This document shows positions 17,077 through 26,536 of a DNA stretch of 46,032 nucleotides, piece by piece (the first letter of the stretch is position 1; each line of letters starts with the position of its first letter). A program made the translations under genes and the position numbers. The stretch covers positions 1 to 46,032 of the forward strand of contig JBMTIN010000001.1 in the NCBI GenBank assembly GCA_049437345.1. The letters are read 5' to 3'. Origin of the DNA: Candidatus Marinamargulisbacteria bacterium (lineage in GTDB: Bacteria > Margulisbacteria > Marinamargulisbacteria > UBA817). The notes under the pieces were generated by a model that had not been told where the DNA came from, did no database searches, and was given only the letters and a program-made list of their open reading frames with translations.

Positions 17077-18748
17077 CACTGTTGCACTGGTTAAAGAGAA
17101 GTGGGATATTGTTCGTGAAATTCAAAAAGTGGTTCAATTATCAAAACGGGGGCAAAACTATGTCGGATTATGCCCATTTCATAGTGAGAAATCTCCCTCT
17201 TTTTACGTAAGTCCTGTAAAAAAAATTTTTCATTGTTTTGGATGTGGTGAGAATGGTGATGTGATTGCCTTTGTAATGAAGCATGATCATTTATCGTTTA
17301 AAGAAGTAATGATTGAAAAAGCCACAGAGTTTAACATTCCCCATTCATTTGCGATGACGACGGAATCAAATTCCGATCTAGATAAATTGCGGCAATTTTT
17401 AACTTTATTACAAACCGCTTATGGTGGGTGGGGGACGGCGTTTGATGCAATGGCGAATTATTTGAAGGGACGGCATATTCAAGTGAGTCACTCTCAGCGA
17501 TTTGGGTTGGGGTATGCGCCCGGATCATCGATACAAATGGAATGGCTCAAAACCATTGATTCATTATCGGTGGGGGAGGTGAGTGGGTTGTTTAAGTCGG
17601 ATGGATATCCATTATTGCAAGATCGTTTAATTTTCCCTATTCATAATGCGCGAGGGATCATTGTTGGTTTTTCCGGGCGTGCATTAGGCGATGCCGCTTC
17701 CGCCAAATACATTAATTCTCCAGAATCGCCCATTTTTTCAAAGAAAAAATTATTATATGGGTTACATTTAGCGAAATCGGCGATTAAAAAAGCCGAAAGC
17801 ACGGTGGTGGTTGAGGGGTATACGGATGTCATTGCAATGCACCAGAACGGGATCCAAAATGTGGTTGGGGTAATGGGGACGGCGTTGACGGATGCACATG
17901 CCAAGGCCTTGGTTCAGTACGCATCGACTGTTATTTTGTTGTTCGATTCGGATGAGGCGGGGCAAGCCGCAATTACAAAGAGTTTGCCTGCGTTATTAGC
18001 GCAGGGGGTCACTGTTAAGATTGCGACGTTACCCGACAAAGATCCGGCCGATTTTTTTGAGGCTCATTCGGCGGATGACATGATCTCATTACTGGCGAAG
18101 GCCCTTCATTATATGGATTTTTATATGGCAAAATGTCAATCGAGTGATACATTAACCGACCCTACAAAAAAGTCGAAGGCTGTGGGCTTCTTATGTCATC
18201 TCTTGGGACATGAAACGGATCCCATTGTGAAAGATCAATACATTAAAATAATGGCCGATTCATTTGGCGTGTCATCGAATATTATTCATTCACAGGCGCA
18301 ATCGAAGGGGAGCACGGGGCATGTTAAGCGGCCGTCTTTAATAACATCTTCAAAATATAAAAAAGCAGAAGATGTGGTGATTTATTTATTAATTACTGAC
18401 GTATCGTATCGGGAAAAATGTTTAGATGAGGTGCGTGAATTTTTACCATTTTTGAGTTCCAATGGGGTGTATGAGTTATTTAAAACATCCCCATTGGTGG
18501 ACTATGAACTGGTTAATCAAATTGAGCATTCAGAAATCAAAGGTTTTCTGATATCATTAATAATTAAATTTACAGAGTCAAATATTTCGTTTACGAAAAA
18601 AGAAATGGAGGATCATACTAAAATTTTAAAACAAGCCAAATTGAAACAACGAATTGAGGATATTCGTTTGTTGCTTGGCACAACTCAGGGAAATAACGAG
18701 AAAGAGTTACTAATTGAATTATCAGATTTGATAAAAAAAATTAAGTGA
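17069..18748 (+). CDS. dnaG: DNA primase DnaG
   Basis: It has the CHC2 zinc finger ([17 protein letters not shown]...[11 protein letters not shown]) and the TOPRIM region ([16 protein letters not shown]...LLFDSDEAG). Confidence 0.95.
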   Translation: MSDTVALVKEKWDIVREIQKVVQLSKRGQNYVGLCPFHSEKSPSFYVSPVKKIFHCFGCGENGDVIAFVMKHDHLSFKEVMIEKATEFNIPHSFAMTTESNSDLDKLRQFLTLLQTAYGGWGTAFDAMANYLKGRHIQVSHSQRFGLGYAPGSSIQMEWLKTIDSLSVGEVSGLFKSDGYPLLQDRLIFPIHNARGIIVGFSGRALGDAASAKYINSPESPIFSKKKLLYGLHLAKSAIKKAESTVVVEGYTDVIAMHQNGIQNVVGVMGTALTDAHAKALVQYASTVILLFDSDEAGQAAITKSLPALLAQGVTVKIATLPDKDPADFFEAHSADDMISLLAKALHYMDFYMAKCQSSDTLTDPTKKSKAVGFLCHLLGHETDPIVKDQYIKIMADSFGVSSNIIHSQAQSKGSTGHVKRPSLITSSKYKKAEDVVIYLLITDVSYREKCLDEVREFLPFLSSNGVYELFKTSPLVDYELVNQIEHSEIKGFLISLIIKFTESNISFTKKEMEDHTKILKQAKLKQRIEDIRLLLGTTQGNNEKELLIELSDLIKKIK

Positions 18749-18756
18749 GGTGCAAT

Positions 18757-19746
18757 ATGACAGTAACTGAATTAGAAAGAAGATTTGATTGCGAAACCCC
18801 CAATTCTTCGATCGAAAAAGATTCGTTATCCAACTCTCAAGATAATAATGATTCCCTTGAGTTGTCCATTGATTTGAATTCGTATGAAACCCTTCCTTCT
18901 GGGGAATCCTCTTCAACCGAAGATACGGTTAAAATGTATTTAAAAGAAATTGGAAAAGCCAAGCTTTTAAGCAAAGAAGAAGAACTGATGATTGCTCGGA
19001 AGATGGACGAAGGATGCGCGTATAGTAAGAAAGTTTTAACCGTATGTAATTTACGATTAGTCGTGAGTATTGCCAAAAAATACACCGGCCGAGGAATTTT
19101 ATTTCTTGATCTAATTCAAGAGGGAAATCAAGGGCTTATTCGTGCGGTTGATAAATTTGACTACCGAAAAGGGTATAAATTTAGTACATATGCCACATGG
19201 TGGATTCGGCAAGCAATTACACGGGCGATTGCGGACCAAGCCAGAACCATTCGTGTGCCTGTTCATATGGTAGAAACCATTAATAAATTAAGAAAGTCCA
19301 TTCGAGAACTCATGCAAGACTTGGGTCGAAAACCATCGGAGCTTGAAATATCCGAATATACTGGCATTGCCCTACCAAAGGTGCAGGAAATTATTTCTAT
19401 TTCCCAAATTCCATTATCTCTTGAAACACCGATTGGCGATGAAGATGGCAACTATTTGGGGGACTTTGTCGAAGACCAATCGATGGCATCACCAGATGCG
19501 GTCATTTCGAGTGATAATTTAAAAGATGGGTTGAATACAATTTTAGCCGATTTAACGGAACGAGAAGCACGCGTGATTCGGTTGCGGTTTGGTTTTGACG
19601 ATGGTAAGGCCAGAACGTTGGAAGAAGTTGGTAACTTGTTTGATGTGACACGTGAACGTATTCGTCAGATTGAATCAAAAGCATTGCGGAAGTTGAGGCA
19701 TCCAAATCGCTTGAAAAAGTTAAAAGAGTTTGGCTTGGTTGATTGA
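18757..19746 (+). CDS. rpoD: Primary-like RNA polymerase sigma-70 factor (RpoD/SigA)
   Basis: Regions 1.2 to 4 are present: [55 protein letters not shown], and [29 protein letters not shown]. The ATG at 18757 has a GAGGTG RBS and is preferred over the GTG at 18745. Confidence 0.95.
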   Translation: MTVTELERRFDCETPNSSIEKDSLSNSQDNNDSLELSIDLNSYETLPSGESSSTEDTVKMYLKEIGKAKLLSKEEELMIARKMDEGCAYSKKVLTVCNLRLVVSIAKKYTGRGILFLDLIQEGNQGLIRAVDKFDYRKGYKFSTYATWWIRQAITRAIADQARTIRVPVHMVETINKLRKSIRELMQDLGRKPSELEISEYTGIALPKVQEIISISQIPLSLETPIGDEDGNYLGDFVEDQSMASPDAVISSDNLKDGLNTILADLTEREARVIRLRFGFDDGKARTLEEVGNLFDVTRERIRQIESKALRKLRHPNRLKKLKEFGLVD

Positions 19747-19783
19747 AAAAATAGATTAGATCCTTTAGAATTGAAACTAATGG

Positions 19784-19860
19784 GGGCCCATAGCTCAGTT
19801 GGTTAGAGCGTCCGGCTCATAACCGGCAGGTCCTAGGTTCAAGTCCTAGTGGGCCCACCA
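19784..19860 (+). tRNA. tRNA with CAT anticodon (Ile2-lysidine-like or elongator Met), CCA encoded
   Basis: GGGCCCATAGCTCAGTTGGTTAGAGCGTCCGGCTCATAACCGGCAGGTCCTAGGTTCAAGTCCTAGTGGGCCCACCA, with anticodon loop CTCATAA. Confidence 0.85.
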
Positions 19861-19995
19861 TGGTTTCCCTTTGTTTTTTAATCTTCAACAGCATGTGTAT
19901 GAATGTGGAGAGAGAATATTCGTGGGAGGTAAGTGGGTATGATGGCCCTTGGTTTGGTGTTGATTTTTTTATTTAACAGTGGTTTAGTGATTTGT

Positions 19996-20332
19996 GGTAG
20001 GCGATGTCGTCGCTTTGGGTCTTTGATTTAAAGAGGAAAGTCCGGGCTCCATTGGGCAAGGTGCCTCCTAACGGGAGGAGGAAGTAATTCCATGGAAAGT
20101 GCCACAGAAAGCAAAACCGCCATTTTTTGGTAAGGGTGAAAATGTGAGGTAAGAGCTCACAAGGTTAATTGGTAACAGTTAACTTGGGTAAACCCCACCT
20201 GGAGCAAGGTTAAATAGGGAAACAGAAACGGCCCGTTTCGTGATGATTTTCGGGTAAACCGCTTGAGGCCAACCGTGAGGTAGGTCCTAGATAAATGACG
20301 GCACATGACAGAACCCGGCTTATACGCCTACC
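19996..20332 (+). ncRNA. rnpB: RNase P RNA, bacterial type A
   Basis: The conserved P4 strands GAGGAAAGTCCGGGCTCC and ACAGAACCCGGCTTA are present, with GTAAGAGCTCAC and GGGTAAACCCCACC-type elements. P1 pairs ggtaggcg (19996-20003) with cgcctacc (20325-20332). Confidence 0.9.
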
Positions 20333-20434
20333 AAAAATATTCGGTATCATTGAAATAACCCCATGAACATTGTTAAATAGAGGACAGGTTCCTCGCCTTG
20401 AGGCATCGTAGTTTACAAATAAAAAGGAGACAAC

Positions 20435-21529
20435 ATGGGATTATCAATGGGTATTGTAGGGTTACCAAACGTAGGAAAATCCACATTATTTAATGCCATT
20501 ACTAATAATCAAATTGAGGCACAAAACTTTCCTTTTTGTACCATTGAACCCAACAAAGGCATTGTTCCGGTGCCCGATGATCGGTTGTCTGTATTGGCGG
20601 ATATCTCACAAACAAAAACGATTATTCCGGCCACCATTGAATTTATTGACATTGCGGGGTTGGTCAAAGGGGCGGCCACCGGTGAAGGGCTTGGGAATAA
20701 ATTTTTAGCGAATATTCGTGAGGTATCGGCCATTATTCATGTAGTGAGGTGCTTTGAAAATGACGATATTGTCCATGTGGATGGTTCTGTGGACCCGGTT
20801 CGAGATATTGGTGTGATTAATACGGAATTAATTTTAGCGGATATGGAGCAGTGTGAAAAAGCCATTGAAACACAACGCAAACGCACACGCACTAATGACA
20901 AAGCCGAGGTATTTAAATTTGATACATTAAAGGCATGCTTGGCGGCATTGCAAGAAGAAACGCCCATTCGAGCCATGGACCTAAGTGAGCCTGAACAAGC
21001 GGTAATTCGAGAGTATCATTTTCTAACGAATAAAAAAGTCATGTATGTTTGCAATGTTAAAGAAGATGACTATGTTTCTGGCAACTCTCACGCGGATCGT
21101 GTGGTTACGCATGTTCAAAATGAATCCGCGCAGGTGGTATCATTATCGGCCAATCTTGAACAAGATATTTCACAGTTAAGTGAAGACGAACGGCCATTAT
21201 TTTTAAGTGAATTTGGATTAAAGCAGTCAGGGTTGGCACGACTGGCTCAATTAAGTTTTAAATTATTGGGTTTGGAAACGTTTTTAACTACGGGTGAGAA
21301 AGAAACCCGTGCCTGGACCATTCCTGTTGGGACATTGGCTCCCAAGGCCGCTGCAGAAATTCATACCGACTTTGAGCGTGGTTTTATTCGAGCTAATGTG
21401 ATTCATTTTACCGATTTTGTGGCCTGTAATGGTTATAAGCAAGCCAAAGAAAAAGGGTTAGTTCGTCAAGAGGGCAAGGACTATACGGTTAAAGATGGCG
21501 ATATTATCGAATTTTTATTCAACGTGTAA
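20435..21529 (+). CDS. ychF: Ribosome-binding / redox-regulated ATPase YchF
   Basis: GIVGLPNVGKSTLFNA P-loop, DIAGLVKGA, and a TGS-like C-terminus (GKDYTVKDGDIIEFLFNV). An AAGGAG RBS lies upstream. Confidence 0.95.
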   Translation: MGLSMGIVGLPNVGKSTLFNAITNNQIEAQNFPFCTIEPNKGIVPVPDDRLSVLADISQTKTIIPATIEFIDIAGLVKGAATGEGLGNKFLANIREVSAIIHVVRCFENDDIVHVDGSVDPVRDIGVINTELILADMEQCEKAIETQRKRTRTNDKAEVFKFDTLKACLAALQEETPIRAMDLSEPEQAVIREYHFLTNKKVMYVCNVKEDDYVSGNSHADRVVTHVQNESAQVVSLSANLEQDISQLSEDERPLFLSEFGLKQSGLARLAQLSFKLLGLETFLTTGEKETRAWTIPVGTLAPKAAAEIHTDFERGFIRANVIHFTDFVACNGYKQAKEKGLVRQEGKDYTVKDGDIIEFLFNV

Positions 21530-22325
21530 GCTGGCGGTTTGCGGGGCCCTTATTGGCATTGCCAATTTGATTCCCGGTGTGAGTGGTGCCACGGTTGCCG
21601 TTGTATTTCATCAGTATGAGCGATTAATTACATCGTGTAATGCCGTATTAACGGGTGGAGTATCGATATCAAACATTCGTTATTTGGTTACCATTGGCGT
21701 CGGTGCCGTCGGTGCGATCCTACTACTTTCAGAGGTGCTGGAATGGGTATTAGTGGCATATAACGGGGTATTTCGTGTGGTTATTTCTGGGTTTATTTTA
21801 GGTACATTGCCATTTGTTCGGGTGAATCAATCACAGCGTGTATCTTGGCGATATCCAGTGAGGTCTCCCCTATTTTACGTTGGTATTGTTGTAATTATTT
21901 TATTGGGAGTACTGACACCTCCGGTGGGGGCCGTGGGTGACGTGTCCCCGATGATGATGGGTGTTTCAGGGGCTTTGGCCATCGTGGCCATGGTGGTGCC
22001 GGGTGTGAGTGGCTCAATGATATTAATGATTATAGGGACATATGCCAGCATTTTGTCGGGCATTGGGGACCGGAACATCGTGTTATTATGGCCATTTATT
22101 GTGGGGGTATTACTGGGAGGAATGGGGTCTATCAAGGGGCTTCATTGGGTGATTCATCGGTACCCACTGCCTTTCCAGTCGTTGGTGATGGGGTTATTAG
22201 TGGGCTCCATTGGTTTTATTTTAATGTCGGATACCGTATTCGACTTGCCCATATGGGTTAGCATAAGTGGATGGGTGATGGCAACAATGACATCGTTTAA
22301 ATGGGGGGCATATGCCAAAAGATAA
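21495..22325 (+). CDS. DUF368 family membrane protein (family implicated in undecaprenyl-phosphate recycling)
   Basis: The internally duplicated signature appears twice (IPGVSGATVAVVF and VPGVSGSMILMIIGTY), and the protein is polytopic. The start overlaps ychF by 35 nt and is uncertain. Confidence 0.75.
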   Translation: MAILSNFYSTCKLAVCGALIGIANLIPGVSGATVAVVFHQYERLITSCNAVLTGGVSISNIRYLVTIGVGAVGAILLLSEVLEWVLVAYNGVFRVVISGFILGTLPFVRVNQSQRVSWRYPVRSPLFYVGIVVIILLGVLTPPVGAVGDVSPMMMGVSGALAIVAMVVPGVSGSMILMIIGTYASILSGIGDRNIVLLWPFIVGVLLGGMGSIKGLHWVIHRYPLPFQSLVMGLLVGSIGFILMSDTVFDLPIWVSISGWVMATMTSFKWGAYAKR

Positions 22326-23022
22326 CGTATTTTTAGGGCCCAATAGCCAGGCCCCGTTTGAGTTTAATCAGGCGGTGGTTGATGTGTTTCCGGATATGCT
22401 GGCACGTAGCGTCCCTTTTTATAAAGAGGTATTAGCTCAAATGGCGGCGATTGCGGCACCTGTAATAGCTGAGATGCCAACACAAACGGTGTATGATTTA
22501 GGGTGTTCTCAGGGCGCGTGGGTGCCATTTCTAACGTCCGTAACGCCGGCACTTAATTATATAGGATATGATCAATCAGAAGGGATGATTCATCAGGCAC
22601 AGACATTGGCCACGGATACCATTCAATTTTTTGTTCGTGATATCACGACTGTATCGATCTTTGATAATGCCAGTATTATTGCTTGTCATTTGGTGTTGCA
22701 ATTTATTGAACCGACACGACGCCCGGCATTAATTGAATTAATTTATCAAGCATTACCTGATAATGGTATTTTTTTATTGGTGGAAAAAATACACCATCAG
22801 AATAATTTGGTCCAAGATTGCTATCGAAAAGAGTATCATGCATTTAAACAGCGCAATGGGTATTCCATGGCCGAAATTATTAACAAAGAAGTTGCATTAA
22901 ATGGTGTACTAATGACACAAACACAGCAAGATTATGAAGATCAATTAAATGCCGCGGGGTTTCAGACGGTGGATGTATTTTTTAAATGGTTTAATTTTAT
23001 GGGGATAATGGCTAAAAAATAA
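22312..23022 (+). CDS. cmoA: Carboxy-S-adenosyl-L-methionine synthase CmoA-like methyltransferase
   Basis: It is collinear with E. coli CmoA: FEFNQAVVDVFPDMLARSVPFYKEV, VYDLGCSQG, LVLQFIEP, HAFKQRNGYSMAEI and WFNFMGIMA. Confidence 0.85.
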   Translation: MPKDNVFLGPNSQAPFEFNQAVVDVFPDMLARSVPFYKEVLAQMAAIAAPVIAEMPTQTVYDLGCSQGAWVPFLTSVTPALNYIGYDQSEGMIHQAQTLATDTIQFFVRDITTVSIFDNASIIACHLVLQFIEPTRRPALIELIYQALPDNGIFLLVEKIHHQNNLVQDCYRKEYHAFKQRNGYSMAEIINKEVALNGVLMTQTQQDYEDQLNAAGFQTVDVFFKWFNFMGIMAKK

Positions 23023-23258
23023 TGTCAAATAAGCGATCAATTGGCACTCAATATTTATACTTAATTATTAAAATTGGTTCGGGGGTGCTAACAGCTATTT
23101 TATCGGGATTTTTAATAGGGTTGGCGTTAGATCGAACTTGGGCTCTCAATGGCTTGGGCGTATTGGTTGGCGTAATTTTGGGGGTGGCGATTGGATTTGT
23201 GTGGCTGTACCGGGCCGTAATGAGGATTAGTAATAATGACATCGACCTCGACCATTGA
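23022..23258 (+). CDS. atpZ: AtpZ/AtpI-family small membrane protein
   Basis: 78 aa with two TM helices (GFLIGLALDRTW...GVLVGVILGVAIGFVWLY). It sits first in the atp operon, and its ATG overlaps the cmoA stop. Confidence 0.6.
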   Translation: MSNKRSIGTQYLYLIIKIGSGVLTAILSGFLIGLALDRTWALNGLGVLVGVILGVAIGFVWLYRAVMRISNNDIDLDH

Positions 23259-23637
23259 ACTTAATATTGTTCGTATGATATGGCCGTATTGGTTGGCCAT
23301 AGGCATGATATTGGCGGTAGTGTTATCTTTTTTTTATGGTTGGGTGGCCGTATATTCAACCGTGCTTGGATCTTTATTTAGTTTGTTGGGACTCTATCAA
23401 TTATCACAAGATCAGGCGCATATTTTAATCCAAAACAACCGAAAAAAAGTATTTATTAGTTTTTTATTTCGACTGGCAATTTATGCGGTTCCCATCATTG
23501 CGTCGCTAAAATTTCCAAACTATTTTAAATTTTGGATAATCTTGATATGCTTATTCAAAAGTCAGGTAATTTTCATTGTAATAGAGCTAATTACCAACTA
23601 TAAAAATTACAAACAAAGGATGGCTAAAAATGGATAA
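23236..23637 (+). CDS. atpI: ATP synthase protein I (AtpI-like membrane protein)
   Basis: 133 aa with about four hydrophobic helices, immediately upstream of subunit a. The call rests on position and topology. Confidence 0.5.
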   Translation: MTSTSTIELNIVRMIWPYWLAIGMILAVVLSFFYGWVAVYSTVLGSLFSLLGLYQLSQDQAHILIQNNRKKVFISFLFRLAIYAVPIIASLKFPNYFKFWIILICLFKSQVIFIVIELITNYKNYKQRMAKNG

Positions 23638-24487
23638 AATTGGTGAAGTTTCTAGCATTCAATTTGAGATTTTCGATACCCTCATTCAATTAAACCCAGT
23701 CATGTTTTTAATGACGTACATTGTGATTGCGTTTTTAAGTATTTCAGCATTTTTAGCAACGCGTAAATTGCAGCCGGTTCCGGGAAAAGCACAGAACATA
23801 TTCGAGATATTATTTGAATTTATTGAGGATATTACATTAGGCACTTTGGGGAATAAGGATGGTAAATCATTTGTTCCATTTATTTTTACTATTTTTGTTT
23901 TTGTATTAGCGGCGAATTGGATAGGTATCCTTCCTCATATTACAACGTTTATTGGATTTGTTATTGCGATGGTACATCAATTGATTACTGGCGAGGCGGG
24001 TCAGTGGGTGGTAAATGGCATTACAAAAACAACGTTTATTCCAAATGTGAATACGTTTTACCATTTCTTGTTTGAAATGCCAGCATTTCAGGAGCCGACA
24101 CGATCCATTAATACGGATTTGGCATTGGGTTTATTGGTGTTTTTTGTGGTGCACATTAATTCCATTAGGAAACATGGATTATTGGATTACTTTCGTAGCT
24201 ACATGGGGGATATTGTTCCTTCGCATGGCTGGTGGATTCTTTTATTTCCAATTAATCCATTTTTTTATTTAAATTTAATTTCAGAAGTATCTTCAGTCGT
24301 GTCCCATTCGTTTCGTTTATTCGGAAATATTTTTGGCGGGTTCATGATCTTAGTGATTGTATCATCGTTGGTGAAGCATTTCTTGATTCCCGTGGGATTA
24401 TTGGCTTTTTTCGGATTATTTGCGGGGATTGTTCAAGCGTTTGTGTTTACAATGTTGGCTATTACATATATTGGACAGAAAAATTAG
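23630..24487 (+). CDS. atpB: F0F1 ATP synthase subunit a
   Basis: 285 aa and polytopic. It has the conserved stator arginine region SHSFRLFGNIFGG. Confidence 0.9.
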   Translation: MDKIGEVSSIQFEIFDTLIQLNPVMFLMTYIVIAFLSISAFLATRKLQPVPGKAQNIFEILFEFIEDITLGTLGNKDGKSFVPFIFTIFVFVLAANWIGILPHITTFIGFVIAMVHQLITGEAGQWVVNGITKTTFIPNVNTFYHFLFEMPAFQEPTRSINTDLALGLLVFFVVHINSIRKHGLLDYFRSYMGDIVPSHGWWILLFPINPFFYLNLISEVSSVVSHSFRLFGNIFGGFMILVIVSSLVKHFLIPVGLLAFFGLFAGIVQAFVFTMLAITYIGQKN

Positions 24488-24500
24488 GGAGAGGTAAATC

Positions 24501-25205
24501 ATGGATTCAATGATATTTATTGTTTTGGGTGCGGGGCTGGCGATTGGTTTGGGGGCGATTGGTTCGGCGATTGGTGAGGGGTATATTGCCATGAATGCTA
24601 TGGCGGCCTTGGGTCGACAACCCGCCGCATCCCAGAAGATTTTGAGGCTAATGATTATTGGTCAGGCAATTACCGAAACAGCGGCTATTTTTGCATTGGT
24701 AATGGCTTTAGTGTTATTGTTTGGTGCTGGTGGCGAAGGCGCTATGAAATCTGTGACATATATTGCGGCCGGAATTGCCATTGGTTTTGGGACAATTGGG
24801 TCTGGTTTTGGTGCTGGTTTGCCTGGTGGTTCGGCATTAAAGGGCATTGGCCGGAATCCAGATAACTCAGATGTTTTAACGGTTCAAATGATTATTGGGC
24901 AAGCCGTTACTCAGACATCGACGATTTTTGCACTTACGGTATCGCTCATATTGGTAACCTTGAATCCAGAAGCCAGTTATTTAAAAGTATACGCTATTTT
25001 AGGCGGGGCTTTTGCGATGGGTTTTGGGGCAATTGGGCCCGGCATTGGCGATGGCATCGTGGCGAAAAACGCCAACGAAGCGGTGGGTCGTTCCCCCCAG
25101 CACATGGGGCTTTTAACACGAACAATGATTATTGGTCAGGCCATTACTGAAACAACGGATATTTATTCGTTGGTTGTGGCATTGATTTTAATATTTGTTG
25201 TTTAA
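24501..25205 (+). CDS. Triplicated (three-hairpin, six-TM) ATP synthase c subunit; the middle hairpin lacks the ion-binding carboxylate
   Basis: 234 aa made of three units of about 78 aa (nt 24501-24740, 24741-24974, 24975-25202). Each unit has a G-rich helix 1 and MIIGQA(I/V)T(E/Q)T in helix 2. Helix-1/helix-2 key residues are E/E in unit 1, A/Q in unit 2 and D/E in unit 3. Confidence 0.85.
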   Translation: MDSMIFIVLGAGLAIGLGAIGSAIGEGYIAMNAMAALGRQPAASQKILRLMIIGQAITETAAIFALVMALVLLFGAGGEGAMKSVTYIAAGIAIGFGTIGSGFGAGLPGGSALKGIGRNPDNSDVLTVQMIIGQAVTQTSTIFALTVSLILVTLNPEASYLKVYAILGGAFAMGFGAIGPGIGDGIVAKNANEAVGRSPQHMGLLTRTMIIGQAITETTDIYSLVVALILIFVV

Positions 25206-25237
25206 AAAATTATAAGGTTTTATTAGGAGGAAAATAA

Positions 25238-25489
25238 ATGGAATTAGTTACAGGTGATCAATTTGTTAAAGCATTGGCATTATTAGCGGCCGGGATTGCG
25301 ATGGGTTTTGGTGCGGTAGGTCCGGGTATTGGTGAGGGTTTTGTTGCTGGCAAGGCATGTGAAGCCATTGGTAAGCGACCCGATGAGCAAGCATTGATTA
25401 CAAAAACAATGATTATTGGTCAGGCCATTTCAGAAACAACAGGTATTTATGCCCTGGTTGTGGCGTTGATTCTAATTTTCGTAGTATAG
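25238..25489 (+). CDS. atpE: F0F1 ATP synthase subunit c (single hairpin)
   Basis: 83 aa, reading GFGAVGPGIGEGFVAGKACEAIGKRPD...MIIGQAISETTGIYALVVALILIF. An AGGAGG RBS lies upstream. Confidence 0.92.
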   Translation: MELVTGDQFVKALALLAAGIAMGFGAVGPGIGEGFVAGKACEAIGKRPDEQALITKTMIIGQAISETTGIYALVVALILIFVV

Positions 25490-25499
25490 AGACAAGGGC

Positions 25500-25985
25500 A
25501 TGATTTCAATTAATCCATACGAAATTATTCTTCAGATTATTAATTTTGGGATTTTATATTTGCTTTTGAAAAAGTTTCTTGCGGCACCTTTGGCCAAGTT
25601 TCTAGCGGATCGAAGCAATTTGATTAAGCATAATATTGAAACATCTGAGTTAAATAAGAAAAAATCAGAGGAATTATTAAGCCAACACAAGGAAACCTTG
25701 AAAGAGGCACAAGTAGAAGCTCAAACCATTCGAAAAAAAGCGGAGGAATCCGCACAGAAAGAGTTGGCCACCATTGTTGAAGATGGCAAGGTTTCCGCAC
25801 AAAAATTGTTGGATCAGGCACGGCAAGACATCGATGTTCAAACCAATAATGCTCGAAAAACGTTATTAACGGATGTCGGTAATTTAGCCATTAATGTGGT
25901 TCAGAAATTTGTAGCGACTGATATATCCGAAAAAGATAAAAAGAAAACCATTGATCAGTTGGTTGAACAGGTATCTGCAAAGTAA
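25500..25985 (+). CDS. atpF: F0F1 ATP synthase subunit b
   Basis: 161 aa. A single N-terminal TM helix is followed by a long charged helical region. Its position is between c and delta. Confidence 0.8.
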   Translation: MISINPYEIILQIINFGILYLLLKKFLAAPLAKFLADRSNLIKHNIETSELNKKKSEELLSQHKETLKEAQVEAQTIRKKAEESAQKELATIVEDGKVSAQKLLDQARQDIDVQTNNARKTLLTDVGNLAINVVQKFVATDISEKDKKKTIDQLVEQVSAK

Positions 25986-26527
25986 TGGTCAAGTATAAGT
26001 CGTGCATTGATAATTATTTAAATGCATTGGTATCGTCCGTAGATGACGCCCAAAAGGTTCGCTTGCTTGATGACGTCATTCAGTTTTCAAACGCATTGAT
26101 TTCAAATCAGACCACGTGGGTATTTTTAAATAGTCCATTAATGAGTTCGGGCGAAAAGGTGTCGTTTTTAGATTCATTTTCGAAGCGTTTATCCATTAAT
26201 AAAGCAGTGGTGAATCTTTTTTCATTATTGATTAAGAATGGTCGGTTGGTTATTTTATCGGAATTGATTCGCGCATGCCAAGAGCGAAAAGACGTGATTA
26301 ATCAGGTGTCCAATATCGAGGTGGTTTCCGCCACCCCCTTTTCTGAAGATCAGTTATCGGCATTAAAAATAAAATTAAAGGAGACGGGGCATCAGAATAT
26401 CAATTTGTCTTCTAAGAATGATCCCTCACTTATCTCTGGATTCAAACTACTCACTAAAAACAATGTGTATGATTTAACACTTAAATCTGTTTTTGATGAA
26501 TTCAAAGAAAAAATCAAACGAAATTAA
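25985..26527 (+). CDS. atpH: F0F1 ATP synthase subunit delta (OSCP)
   Basis: 180 aa, positioned between b and alpha. The C-terminus has the typical DPSLISGFKL pattern. Confidence 0.75.
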   Translation: MVKYKSCIDNYLNALVSSVDDAQKVRLLDDVIQFSNALISNQTTWVFLNSPLMSSGEKVSFLDSFSKRLSINKAVVNLFSLLIKNGRLVILSELIRACQERKDVINQVSNIEVVSATPFSEDQLSALKIKLKETGHQNINLSSKNDPSLISGFKLLTKNNVYDLTLKSVFDEFKEKIKRN

Positions 26528-26536
26528 GGAGCTCTC

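Noticed and set aside
18745-18756. GTG start for rpoD given in the ORF track
   Set aside because: The ATG at 18757 lies a few nt (about 5) after a GAGGTG Shine-Dalgarno sequence, which itself contains that GTG.
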